DNA of 25,404 bases from a virus (lineage: Duplodnaviria > Caudoviricetes): IMG/VR virus record IMGVR_UViG_3300020185_000239, positions 1 through 25,404 of that record, one strand, 5' to 3'. Shown here piece after piece: positions 16,216 through 23,753 of the stretch. Every line of letters begins with the position of its first letter. The stretch's first letter is position 1. The translations under genes were made by a program, and so were the position numbers. The notes under the pieces were generated by a model, which saw only the letters and a program-made list of their open reading frames with translations, searched no databases and had not been told where the DNA came from.

Positions 16216-16601
16216 GAAGGTGCTTAAATAATCTGAAGGAGATCTTCCTGTATGCGGATTCTCAGCCTACTGAGATAATGCTAGGGATGTTGAATTTCAT
16301 TCTCTTGCTTCCTGCAACTATGATAGAATTAGGATGGATTCCTATCTATCAGATCTCAGGTATTCTAGCAGGTGGGTATCAGTTATTTGCAGTTGCAAGG
16401 CAGGATATCTCAATGAGGAGAAATGCTTCTTTTCTAAGTTTTGTGGTTTTTACTATGACAATAGTATTGTACGGATCTTGCGGATACTTCTGGAGATCAG
16501 CATCACATTGGGGATGGGTAGTCTTATGGCTTTCATCATTGAGTAGCGTAAAAAGAGTAACAACAGAATACTACCACAGGAAATGGAACAACAAGGCATA
16601 A
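16209..16601 (+). CDS. Multi-pass membrane protein in the lysis cluster (holin/antiholin candidate)
   Basis: 130 aa with 3-4 hydrophobic segments, adjacent to the endolysin. Confidence 0.55.
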   Translation: MVRRCLNNLKEIFLYADSQPTEIMLGMLNFILLLPATMIELGWIPIYQISGILAGGYQLFAVARQDISMRRNASFLSFVVFTMTIVLYGSCGYFWRSASHWGWVVLWLSSLSSVKRVTTEYYHRKWNNKA

Positions 16602-16861
16602 TCATTGCAATCGTTACTGCTCTTACAAGCGGTGCTGCTTGGAAGTTTTGGGAGCAAAAGATGAAGGCAAAGCAAGAGGAGAAGGAATTAAATAGAGCAG
16701 AGGACTTTGCGTATCGTGATGATCTGAAGAGTAGAGTAGCGAGATTAGAGCAGTTGTTAGAGGAGAGCAATACGAAGGTATTGGAACTTACTGCTGAGGT
16801 TCATGCGCTGAGAACTGAGGTGGGGTTTCTAAAAAAAGAAAACGATAGATTACGAGGATGA
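16583..16861 (+). CDS. N-terminal TM plus coiled-coil protein (lysis cluster)
   Basis: IIIAIVTALTSGAAW followed by a heptad-rich soluble tail. Confidence 0.6.
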   Translation: MEQQGIIIAIVTALTSGAAWKFWEQKMKAKQEEKELNRAEDFAYRDDLKSRVARLEQLLEESNTKVLELTAEVHALRTEVGFLKKENDRLRG

Positions 16862-17019
16862 TAGATAGAGTTACAAAGAATTGGAAAACGACTGCAGTAG
16901 GAGCAGTATTATTCGCAGCAGGTATTATATTGGTGGCTATGGAGAAGGCTTCATTGACTGAAGCAGGAACATTCTTTGGTGTAGCCTTTATGTTATTCTT
17001 TTCTAAAGACAAATTATGA
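16858..17019 (+). CDS. Small two-TM holin-like protein (53 aa), not in the ORF track
   Basis: MIDRVTKNWKTTAVGAVLFAAGIILVAMEKASLTEAGTFFGVAFMLFFSKDKL; ATGA-coupled on both sides. Confidence 0.7.
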   Translation: MIDRVTKNWKTTAVGAVLFAAGIILVAMEKASLTEAGTFFGVAFMLFFSKDKL

Positions 17020-17141
17020 ACGATACAGATTTTGGATTCTCAAATGACTTTGAGGACTTTGTAGATGAATTAACCAATGATAAGGCAAATGATAATGCCT
17101 GTAGCATTGATAACCCAGATTGTGAAGCATGTGGGAGTTAA
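17016..17141 (+). CDS. 41-aa acidic peptide ending in CSIDNPDCEACGS (RNR alpha C-terminal tail-like), not in the ORF track
   Basis: ATGA-coupled ORF MNDTDFGFSNDFEDFVDELTNDKANDNACSIDNPDCEACGS. Confidence 0.7.
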   Translation: MNDTDFGFSNDFEDFVDELTNDKANDNACSIDNPDCEACGS

Positions 17142-17545
17142 AAAAGGGAGCAGTTCTGATAGGGCTGCTTTTTTTACTTCAGGGATGTGGTGCGAAGTGG
17201 CACCTGAATCGTGCGATTGCAAAAGATCCAACAATTCTAGATTCAGTTGTCCTAAAAGTGGACACTCTGATCATAACTCAAAAAGAAGCCGTTAGAGACA
17301 CTTTAATTCTTGAGCGGATAGATACCCTCAGAATTATAAAAGAAGGCATTAGAATTGATCTGAGAAGGTTCTACGACACTATAGAGGTGGATATTGAATG
17401 TCCTGCTGATACTATCAGGATCCAGAAGGAGATCAGAGTACCTCAAGTCATCTATGAGGAAAAGTCGTTTAAGAAGAAACATCTGATTATCTTGATTATG
17501 TCAATAATCCTTTATACCTTCGCACTTATTAAGTTACTTAAGTAA
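17129..17545 (+). CDS. Putative unimolecular spanin (lipoprotein with C-terminal TM)
   Basis: Signal peptide with lipobox LQGC, beta-rich DT/DS repeats and C-terminal hydrophobic LIILIMSIILYTFALI; ends the lysis cluster. Confidence 0.7.
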   Translation: MWELKKGAVLIGLLFLLQGCGAKWHLNRAIAKDPTILDSVVLKVDTLIITQKEAVRDTLILERIDTLRIIKEGIRIDLRRFYDTIEVDIECPADTIRIQKEIRVPQVIYEEKSFKKKHLIILIMSIILYTFALIKLLK

Positions 17546-17646
17546 GTATATATATATATATATATTACTCTGTAAGAGTAACTAATTACAATTAAATACT
17601 TATTATACTTATAAGTAATACTCTCTTTCAGAGAGTTAAAAAAAAA
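17534..17646. repeat. AT-rich palindrome cluster, candidate replication origin
   Basis: TTACTTAAGTAA (17534-45), (TA)9 (17547-64), TTACTCT-GTA-AGAGTAA (17565-81), TACTTATAAGTA (17606-17), ACTCTCT-TTC-AGAGAGT (17620-36), A9 run. Confidence 0.6.
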
Positions 17647-17648
17647 TA

Positions 17649-17801
17649 ATGACTAGAAGACAAAAGAGTATAGCTATAGAGAACAAAGAGATAGCAGATG
17701 ATTATCATAATCACTTCCTATCTCACTTTGGATTTCATGATGAGCAGAGATCTGATCACTATAGTTTCTGGAAGTATTACCAAGAGGAGCAGAGCATATG
17801 A
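17649..17801 (+). CDS. Hypothetical protein (50 aa), not in the ORF track
   Basis: MTRRQKSIAIENKEIADDYHNHFLSHFGF...; ATGA overlap with the next ORF. Confidence 0.5.
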   Translation: MTRRQKSIAIENKEIADDYHNHFLSHFGFHDEQRSDHYSFWKYYQEEQSI

Positions 17802-17944
17802 CAATGAGAGAAGCACAGAGTCTAGCAGTTAGTCTTAATGACAAGGGTTATACTGCTTGGGCAGTTCAGGGGTTTAGCGTTAAGCTAACGATCAATGGAG
17901 TAGTATACCAAATTAAAGAAGAAGATGAGAGATCCGAACATTGA
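17798..17944 (+). CDS. Hypothetical protein (48 aa), not in the ORF track
   Basis: MTMREAQSLAVSLNDKGYTAWAVQGFSVKLTINGVVYQIKEEDERSEH; tightly packed with its neighbours. Confidence 0.5.
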   Translation: MTMREAQSLAVSLNDKGYTAWAVQGFSVKLTINGVVYQIKEEDERSEH

Positions 17945-18098
17945 TAGATACCTTCATAAGATGGCTATGCTATTCCAGAACTTAGGTTTAGATTCAACTC
18001 CTGAGGAGAGAATATATGCTCAAGAGCAAGAACACAGATATCTGGGAAGAATAGCAGAAATTGATTGGGAGTATGCTCAGAGATTAGGATATGATTGA
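17925..18098 (+). CDS. Hypothetical protein (57 aa), not in the ORF track
   Basis: MRDPNIDRYLHKMAMLFQNLGLDST...; overlaps the start of the next gene. Confidence 0.55.
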   Translation: MRDPNIDRYLHKMAMLFQNLGLDSTPEERIYAQEQEHRYLGRIAEIDWEYAQRLGYD

Positions 18099-18459
18099 TC
18101 ATATTAAAATAGAGATCAAGTTAGGTAAGATACCTAGCCTTAATAAATTCTACTCCTCACCACATTGGACATTCAGATCCAGAGAAAAGACTAAGTGGAA
18201 GGAGATCATTACTGATCAGTTAGATTATGACTTTCAGTTTGAGTATTGCATAATTACTGCAAAGGTCAATTACAGGTATGATCTAGATAATTGCATTATG
18301 GCTATCAAGTTCACTCAAGATGCATTAGTAGATGCAGGAATGATAGCAGATGATAACAAGAAGTTCATCAAGTCAGTCAGGATAGAACCTGCTACTGATA
18401 TCCCTAAGGATACATCTGTGATCCAGATAGAGGGGAAAATAATCAACAAACTTTTTTAA
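18091..18459 (+). CDS. rusA: RusA-like Holliday junction resolvase
   Basis: PSLN start and DLDN...K...DAL...G.IADDN catalytic signature. Confidence 0.75.
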   Translation: MIDHIKIEIKLGKIPSLNKFYSSPHWTFRSREKTKWKEIITDQLDYDFQFEYCIITAKVNYRYDLDNCIMAIKFTQDALVDAGMIADDNKKFIKSVRIEPATDIPKDTSVIQIEGKIINKLF

Positions 18460-18465
18460 TAATCC

Positions 18466-18516
18466 TTTGTAGTCTCAGATTTTATCCTTTTCTTTGAAGT
18501 ATCAAAAGAGAGAGAT
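18466..18516 (+). promoter_or_regulatory. Bacteroidota-type promoter P2 plus AGAGAG leader
   Basis: TTTG (18466-69), 19 nt, TTTCTTTG (18489-96; one mismatch to TAnnTTTG), then AAGTATCAAAAGAGAGAGATATG. Confidence 0.65.
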
Positions 18517-18825
18517 ATGACACGATTTGAAACATTAAAGGGAGAAAGTTTAGGAGTAACCTTCTTTGGGGGATCTAGTTTAGGAATGGTAAAATTCTTG
18601 ACTAAAACAGAATTAGATTTGATTTGGTCTTTAGATGAATCTGAGGAGGTAATATCAGATAATGGATGGTCAGGATCAGTAGGTGTTCTTCTTGACTTAC
18701 TATCAGATTTAAATCAATGCTCAGATCAGGAGATGATTAAAAGAGGTTGGGGAGATCGTTTAGATTCAGGATTAGCTTTACAAACTTGCATTAGTGATCA
18801 AGGCAAGTTATTTTTTACAAGATAA
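18517..18825 (+). CDS. Hypothetical early accessory protein (102 aa)
   Basis: First ORF after P2; no recognisable domain. Confidence 0.65.
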   Translation: MTRFETLKGESLGVTFFGGSSLGMVKFLTKTELDLIWSLDESEEVISDNGWSGSVGVLLDLLSDLNQCSDQEMIKRGWGDRLDSGLALQTCISDQGKLFFTR

Positions 18826-18838
18826 ATTAAAGAGAGAT

Positions 18839-18967
18839 ATGAATACAGAGAACATTTATCAGATCATTGATGATCTAGAAGCCTTCGCAGACAAAGTAGG
18901 AAGCGAATGGATGAAGGAAAGACTAGCGATGCTAGAGGTACACATTATTAATCAATCAACTAAATAA
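18839..18967 (+). CDS. Small helical protein (42 aa), not in the ORF track
   Basis: AAAGAGAGAT leader; MNTENIYQIIDDLEAFADKVGSEWMKERLAMLEVHIINQSTK. Confidence 0.6.
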   Translation: MNTENIYQIIDDLEAFADKVGSEWMKERLAMLEVHIINQSTK

Positions 18968-18969
18968 TC

Positions 18970-19476
18970 ATGAAAAAAGGAAAAGTAGTTTCTGTTAATC
19001 CTCAGGGAGATTATCAGTTAAAGGATGGAAGAACTTTGTATAAGTTCGTTTTGAGTTTTGATAATGGAGATACAGGAGAATACTCTTCAGTAAAGCCAGA
19101 TCAGACTAAGTTCGTAGTAGGTCAGGAAGCAGAGTATGAATTGAATGCTACTCAGTATGGTAATCGCATCAAGCCTGTTTACTCACAAGGTGGTGGTTTC
19201 TCTGGAGGAGGATATTCATCAGGTGGTTACTCATCAGGATCTGATGATAAGCAGAGAATGATTGTTAAGCAATCTTGCCTTAAAGCAGCAGTTGATCTTC
19301 TAAAAGATAAAGGTGCTAAGAGTACAGATGTTCTAAAGGTAGCTGACTCTTTTGTGAGTTGGGTAATGGAAGAAGATAAGAAGGAGACTTCATATGATAA
19401 TCACTTCTCTTCTAGAGAGGAAAAGATAGAGGTAGCGAATGCTATTGTAAACGGATCAGATGACTTACCATTCTAA
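18970..19476 (+). CDS. ssb: Putative single-stranded DNA-binding protein
   Basis: OB-fold-like N-terminus, Gly/Ser/Tyr linker and acidic C-terminal DDLPF tail. Confidence 0.7.
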   Translation: MKKGKVVSVNPQGDYQLKDGRTLYKFVLSFDNGDTGEYSSVKPDQTKFVVGQEAEYELNATQYGNRIKPVYSQGGGFSGGGYSSGGYSSGSDDKQRMIVKQSCLKAAVDLLKDKGAKSTDVLKVADSFVSWVMEEDKKETSYDNHFSSREEKIEVANAIVNGSDDLPF

Positions 19477-19487
19477 ATAATCTAGAG

Positions 19488-19667
19488 ATGTTTACTAAAG
19501 AAGAAATTTTGAAGTATAGAGAGATTCGTGAGAATCCTGATGTTCATAAAGTATGTCTAAGACTATCACATACTGAAAAAGAAATGTTAAACAACATCAA
19601 ACTAAATACAGGAGTTGGATATTCAGAAGCAATCAAAAGAGCAATTTTTAAATGTTACGGATTGTGA
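19488..19667 (+). CDS. Ribbon-helix-helix (CopG/Arc-like) DNA-binding protein (59 aa), not in the ORF track
   Basis: KVCLRLS strand, HTEKEMLNNIK helix, TG turn, YSEAIKRAI helix; AGAG leader before the ATG. Confidence 0.65.
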   Translation: MFTKEEILKYREIRENPDVHKVCLRLSHTEKEMLNNIKLNTGVGYSEAIKRAIFKCYGL

Positions 19668-19688
19668 TTTGATACGAATGCTTATTAG

Positions 19689-19718
19689 AGAGGGGTAGAA
19701 ATACTCCTCTTTTTTTTT
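19689..19718 (+). terminator. Rho-independent terminator closing cassette 2
   Basis: AGAGGGGTA-GAAA-TACTCCTCT plus a T run. Confidence 0.85.
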
Positions 19719-19761
19719 CTCAGGATCTGAGATATTAAAAATATAGTGTTAATTTAGAGGG

Positions 19762-20688
19762 ATGATTCATAAACACATAATACAATCAAATAAGACTATT
19801 CGCTATCTGGAGAGAGCGAGAGAGGGTAAGATACAAGAGGCATCAAGATTCGGAGCAGTAGAGATAGATGATTACCTTAGATTCAAGAAAGGAAACTTCA
19901 TAGTAGTAACAGGACATGCTAATGTCGGTAAGACTCACACGATGACTTACCTACAAATGCTACACACCTTAGAGAACGGCACGAAGTGGCTAATCTACTC
20001 CTCAGAGAATGAGGTGCAGTCCTTACAACGCAAGTTAATAGAGTTCCTTGCAGGGAAGCCAATCAATCAGATAGATGAGCAGACCTTCTGGAGACACCAT
20101 AGCTTTGTGGAGGGACATTGGGCATTCCTAGATTCGGAGTTGATAGTCAATGCTTTTGAGTTATTAGATATCGCTAGAGAGGTATATGATGCTTGGGAGT
20201 TTCAAGGGATGATGATTGATCCTTATAACTCACTAACGATAAAGAAGGAGGATGTAGGAAAGGGGATCTCAACTCATGAATATCATTATGAGGTAACAAG
20301 CCATATTAGGAAGTTCTGCAAGGAATATGGTATTACTACGATCCTGAATACGCATCCTGCTACACAGGCACTAAGACAAGTTCATAGAGGATCTCACGAA
20401 TACGCCAATCACACGATGCCTCCTATGGCGAGTGATGTTGAAGGAGGCGGTAAGTTCGTGAATCGCTCTGATGAATTCTTTGTGATCCATAGGTACACGC
20501 AGCATCCTCAGGATTGGATCTTCACAGATATTCATGTAAGGAAAGTAAAGGAGTTAGAATCTGGAGGTAGACCGACTCCATTAGATTTACCGATCAGGAT
20601 GGAATCAACAAAGGGTAATTGTGGGTTCCGAATAAATGGAATAAATTTGGTAACTAAAGAAAGAGAAATAGATGGATCTCCATTTTGA
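19762..20688 (+). CDS. SF4 (DnaB/T7 gp4/Twinkle-like) replicative helicase, helicase domain only
   Basis: Walker A TGHANVGKT, YSSEN, Walker B MMIDPYN, NTHP, DVEGG..F.NRSD and KVK motifs. Confidence 0.85.
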   Translation: MIHKHIIQSNKTIRYLERAREGKIQEASRFGAVEIDDYLRFKKGNFIVVTGHANVGKTHTMTYLQMLHTLENGTKWLIYSSENEVQSLQRKLIEFLAGKPINQIDEQTFWRHHSFVEGHWAFLDSELIVNAFELLDIAREVYDAWEFQGMMIDPYNSLTIKKEDVGKGISTHEYHYEVTSHIRKFCKEYGITTILNTHPATQALRQVHRGSHEYANHTMPPMASDVEGGGKFVNRSDEFFVIHRYTQHPQDWIFTDIHVRKVKELESGGRPTPLDLPIRMESTKGNCGFRINGINLVTKEREIDGSPF

Positions 20689-20986
20689 GGGTAATAGGCT
20701 ATACTATATGGAAAAGGAGGCAGAGTTGTTTAAGGCTCTTGACCACCTAAGTAAAGAGTTGAGTGATCAGAAGACTATGACTAAGGAGGATATGTGGGAA
20801 GTATTCCAGATACTCGCTGATTCAGCAGCAGTCTATAGACACATCACAGATTACTTTACGACTCTAGACAAACTGATTCTAGACGCTAGGATTAAGAATG
20901 GGAAATTGAAGCAGGAGATATATGATCTGAAGAAAGAGAATCATAGATTAAATGAGATGTTAAATAGAGAGATGGATGGATTTTAA
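20672..20986 (+). CDS. Hypothetical coiled-coil protein (104 aa)
   Basis: Overlapping ORF with a heptad-rich C-terminus. Confidence 0.65.
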   Translation: MDLHFEGNRLYYMEKEAELFKALDHLSKELSDQKTMTKEDMWEVFQILADSAAVYRHITDYFTTLDKLILDARIKNGKLKQEIYDLKKENHRLNEMLNREMDGF

Positions 20987-21206
20987 GAGAAAGATGAATG
21001 ATGGTCAGAGGTTTGAGATCAGTGGTATGGAGTTCATATGTATGGAGACTCACGCTTACTTTCAAACTAGGTTAGATGATGAGGAATCGGATATTGATGT
21101 AGGATCTAGCTATTACATAGTCAGGAACACATCAACAGGGAGACTACACAGGATCCCATTTCAAAAGATAATAGATAAAGAGAAAGAGATAACATGGAAG
21201 ATTTAA
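20976..21206 (+). CDS. Hypothetical protein (76 aa)
   Basis: Tightly packed ORF. Confidence 0.6.
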   Translation: MDFKRKMNDGQRFEISGMEFICMETHAYFQTRLDDEESDIDVGSSYYIVRNTSTGRLHRIPFQKIIDKEKEITWKI

Positions 21207-21634
21207 GTATTGTATTGAAGGAGTATTATGAAACGATTGGAATTATTCCAAGAAATACCAGAGAATTGGATCAGGTCTATGCAAGATCCGCTATGATGGT
21301 AGCGATGAGAAAGTATATGACCTTACATCAGATCGGCAGGATCTTTGGTAAGAATCACGCTACTATTCATCACGCAGTAAAGAATCACGAGCAGAATCAT
21401 AATTGGAGTGAGATGTATAGATACTATCATTCTATAGCTAATGATATCCTGTTAGAATGCCCTATTAAGAGCATCCAGAGTGATAATAAACTTCAGGCTC
21501 AGTTCACTAGACAGAAGATGAGAATCGTAGAACTAGAGTATGAGGTTGAGAAATTAACACATAAGTGTCAAGAACTTAGTGAGAATTGCAGTATATTACA
21601 GAAATTAAATAAGCAGTTACAGAATGCAGATTGA
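21194..21634 (+). CDS. DnaA C-terminal-like HTH DNA-binding protein with a coiled-coil tail
   Basis: R...V.AR...M...R...TL.QIGRIFGKNHATIHHA matches the DnaA domain IV signature; no AAA+ domain. Confidence 0.8.
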   Translation: MEDLSIVLKEYYETIGIIPRNTRELDQVYARSAMMVAMRKYMTLHQIGRIFGKNHATIHHAVKNHEQNHNWSEMYRYYHSIANDILLECPIKSIQSDNKLQAQFTRQKMRIVELEYEVEKLTHKCQELSENCSILQKLNKQLQNAD

Positions 21635-21767
21635 ATTTAGCCCTCTTTATGGATTGATGTTTGGAGTGAATTATGCTTACTATCCTGCGATAGAAGAGCA
21701 GAAGCCATTGCATCTGATCCAGATGGGGCTAGGTTTAGTCATGGTACAAATAGCATGGGAAGAATAG
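21624..21767 (+). CDS. Small hydrophobic protein (47 aa), not in the ORF track
   Basis: MQIEFSPLYGLMFGVNYAYY...LGLVMVQIAWEE fills the gap and overlaps both neighbours. Confidence 0.55.
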   Translation: MQIEFSPLYGLMFGVNYAYYPAIEEQKPLHLIQMGLGLVMVQIAWEE

Positions 21768-22294
21768 AAACATTCTACAGAAAGAATTTCAAAAGACTAA
21801 CAGGATTCATTAAGGAATATACTGATGGTTCTTATGAGGTTGCATCTGATATTGTTCAGATGGTGTTTCTACGGCTATTGGAATTAGAAGGTGAAGGGAG
21901 GACCAACTTTTACGAGGAGGACTCCCTTAACTTTTTTTATGTCTATAGATCCTGTATCAATACGGCTCTTAAATATCAAAGAGCAAAGAAGAAGATCAAC
22001 AAGGTTTCTCTAGAGGATTTTGATGTTGAGGACTATCAGCCATATCCAGAGGAAAAAGCAGCACTTGAGAAACTCATCACCATTATGGAGGATGAGATGA
22101 AGGAACTGCATTGGTATGATGAGAAGATGATCAAGATTCATATGGAGGGAACAAGTATGAATCAGATACATAGAGAGACAGATATCGGACTAACATCAAT
22201 TAAGAATACGATCAAGAATGGAAAAGCAAGAATCTACGACAGGCTCAGAGAAGATTGGGAAGACTTCGCAAACGGAGACTACGACAAAATCTAA
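21755..22294 (+). CDS. Phage-encoded ECF-like sigma-70 factor
   Basis: Region 2-like ASDIVQMVFLRL...YVYRSCIN and region 4-like LHWYDEKM...GTSMNQI.RETDI...SIKNTIK. Confidence 0.75.
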   Translation: MGRIETFYRKNFKRLTGFIKEYTDGSYEVASDIVQMVFLRLLELEGEGRTNFYEEDSLNFFYVYRSCINTALKYQRAKKKINKVSLEDFDVEDYQPYPEEKAALEKLITIMEDEMKELHWYDEKMIKIHMEGTSMNQIHRETDIGLTSIKNTIKNGKARIYDRLREDWEDFANGDYDKI

Positions 22295-22676
22295 GAAGCG
22301 AGGTAGACCAAAGAAAAATAAGTCCAAAGGTCTAGGAGATAGCATTGAGAAGTTCACAGAGGCAACAGGAATCAAAGCAGTAGTAAAGGCTATTGCAGGA
22401 GAGGATTGTGGATGTGATGAGCGTAGGGATAAACTCAATAAGTTATTTCCTTACAAGAAGGCTGAATGCCTTGATCCTGATGAGATAGAATATCTATCTA
22501 CAGGTATCTTAAGAAAGAGAACCCTGAAGTATGAGGATCGTGAGCGCATAGCGACTATTCACGCCAGAGTCTTTAACCATAAGTTTGATATCCCCTGCAC
22601 TTGCAGTCCTAAGATCTGGATGCAATGGATGAGAGAACTCCAAGAACTGCTAGATGCAACTAAGGAAGTATCTTAA
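22218..22676 (+). CDS. Cys-containing protein with an AT-hook-like motif
   Basis: KKRGRPKK, SKGLGDSIEK, DCGCDERRDKLN and PCTC motifs. Confidence 0.65.
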   Translation: MEKQESTTGSEKIGKTSQTETTTKSKKRGRPKKNKSKGLGDSIEKFTEATGIKAVVKAIAGEDCGCDERRDKLNKLFPYKKAECLDPDEIEYLSTGILRKRTLKYEDRERIATIHARVFNHKFDIPCTCSPKIWMQWMRELQELLDATKEVS

Positions 22677-23184
22677 GGAAGGGAGAAATCTTAGTGATGA
22701 TAGAACTGCTATTTGTGTTGATGTAGGCAAATCAGGAGAAGCATTATTCAAGGAACTGACAGGAGCGCATAAATCCTCACTCGCTGATGACAAGAAGCAT
22801 ATAGACTTCTATTGGGGAGATATGAAGGTAGATGTCAAAGGATTGAAGAAGATGCATCATTCAGGATATATCCTTCTGGAGTTTATTAATGTCTGGGGAG
22901 GTCATGGATGGTGCAGTAAAAAGAGTAAGGCGGAATACATAGCCTTTCAGTTTCCTGATGCCTTCTATATATTCAGAAAGAATCACCTTAGGAGAAGAGC
23001 ATTGGACTTATGTGAGGAGTTTGATAGATCAAAGATCCTGAGGAAGAATTGGATTCCGTATCAGGAAGCGATGTATAAGTGGGTAGGTAGATATAATGCT
23101 CAGGATGTATTCACTTATCTAAAGATGGAAGATGTAGAGGATCTGATCTTTGAGATCCTACCATATAAAATAAAAGAGGGATGA
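22654..23184 (+). CDS. PD-(D/E)xK family nuclease
   Basis: G..GE...HIDF...VDVK...LEF.N..G..GW...KAEYIAF. Confidence 0.65.
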   Translation: MQLRKYLKEGRNLSDDRTAICVDVGKSGEALFKELTGAHKSSLADDKKHIDFYWGDMKVDVKGLKKMHHSGYILLEFINVWGGHGWCSKKSKAEYIAFQFPDAFYIFRKNHLRRRALDLCEEFDRSKILRKNWIPYQEAMYKWVGRYNAQDVFTYLKMEDVEDLIFEILPYKIKEG

Positions 23185-23306
23185 TATTATTATTATTTGG
23201 AATTGGATTGGGCATAGCCCTGAATCAAGTTAGATCACTCCAGAGGAGAGTTGATGACCTAGAGGAGTTCATTGGAAAAACTTTTTTTGATGATGATGAA
23301 AAATAA
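23181..23306 (+). CDS. Small membrane-anchored protein (41 aa), not in the ORF track
   Basis: ATGA coupling and AAAAGAGGG leader; MILLLFGIGLGIALNQVRSLQRRVDDLEEF... Confidence 0.55.
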   Translation: MILLLFGIGLGIALNQVRSLQRRVDDLEEFIGKTFFDDDEK

Positions 23307-23318
23307 TTATTAAAATTC

Positions 23319-23373
23319 TTTGTCAATTAAAATATCTTTCTTAGATTTGAATATCATTAAAAGAGAGATAGAA
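23319..23373 (+). promoter_or_regulatory. Canonical Bacteroidota promoter P3 plus AGAGAG leader
   Basis: TTTG (23319-22), 19 nt, TAGATTTG (23342-49), then AATATCATTAAAAGAGAGATAGAAATG. Confidence 0.85.
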
Positions 23374-23586
23374 ATGAAAAATCCATTCACATTCAAAAGA
23401 GCCATCGGAATCAATTGCTGCTCAAACTGCGGCAAGAAGTTGAAATCAAATCAAACTATCTGGTTAGAATTATCTACTACTGATGGATGCGTTTATAATC
23501 CAGAAGAGTTCCCACAAGACCAACAATCACAGGGTTTGTTTGAGTTCGGATCAGATTGTGCAAAGAAAGTAGTTAGTAGAGTTTAA
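23374..23586 (+). CDS. Zinc-finger-like early accessory protein (70 aa; start revised from 23320)
   Basis: CSNCGKKL...FGSDCAKK. The TTG at 23320 lies inside the promoter, while the ATG at 23374 follows the leader. Confidence 0.7.
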   Translation: MKNPFTFKRAIGINCCSNCGKKLKSNQTIWLELSTTDGCVYNPEEFPQDQQSQGLFEFGSDCAKKVVSRV

Positions 23587-23589
23587 TAC

Positions 23590-23607
23590 GGAGGGGGAAA
23601 CCCCTCC
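23590..23607 (+). repeat. GC-rich hairpin GGAGGGG-GAAA-CCCCTCC (copy 2)
   Basis: Perfect 7-bp stem with a GAAA loop, in the same position within its cassette as copy 1. Confidence 0.85.
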
Positions 23608-23627
23608 TTAATTTAATAAGGAGAGAG

Positions 23628-23753
23628 ATGAAAAAGATTGATTGGAATAAGGTAGCAGTAGTTGCATTCTTGCAGACTATGGTCATTCTAGGAATGGTTG
23701 CTATGATAGCAGTGTATGAATTAGTAGAAATCTTAACCTGTTACTCATGTTGA
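23628..23753 (+). CDS. Small single-TM protein (41 aa), not in the ORF track
   Basis: AAGGAGAGAG leader; MKKIDWNKVAVVAFLQTMVILGMVAMIAVYELVEILTCYSC. Confidence 0.6.
   Translation: MKKIDWNKVAVVAFLQTMVILGMVAMIAVYELVEILTCYSC

Noticed and set aside
12472-17295. Alternative-frame plus-strand ORFs 12472..12675, 16334..16546 and 17077..17295
   Set aside because: They are nested in the portal, membrane protein and peptide/spanin genes, with no lipobox or other motif to support an embedded gene such as an o-spanin.
19185-19240. GGT/GGA-rich quasi-repeats in the ssb-like gene
   Set aside because: Explained by the GGFS/GGYSS protein linker.
23320-23373. TTG start for the 88-aa ORF
   Set aside because: The TTG is part of the -33 promoter element; the ATG at 23374 follows the conserved leader.
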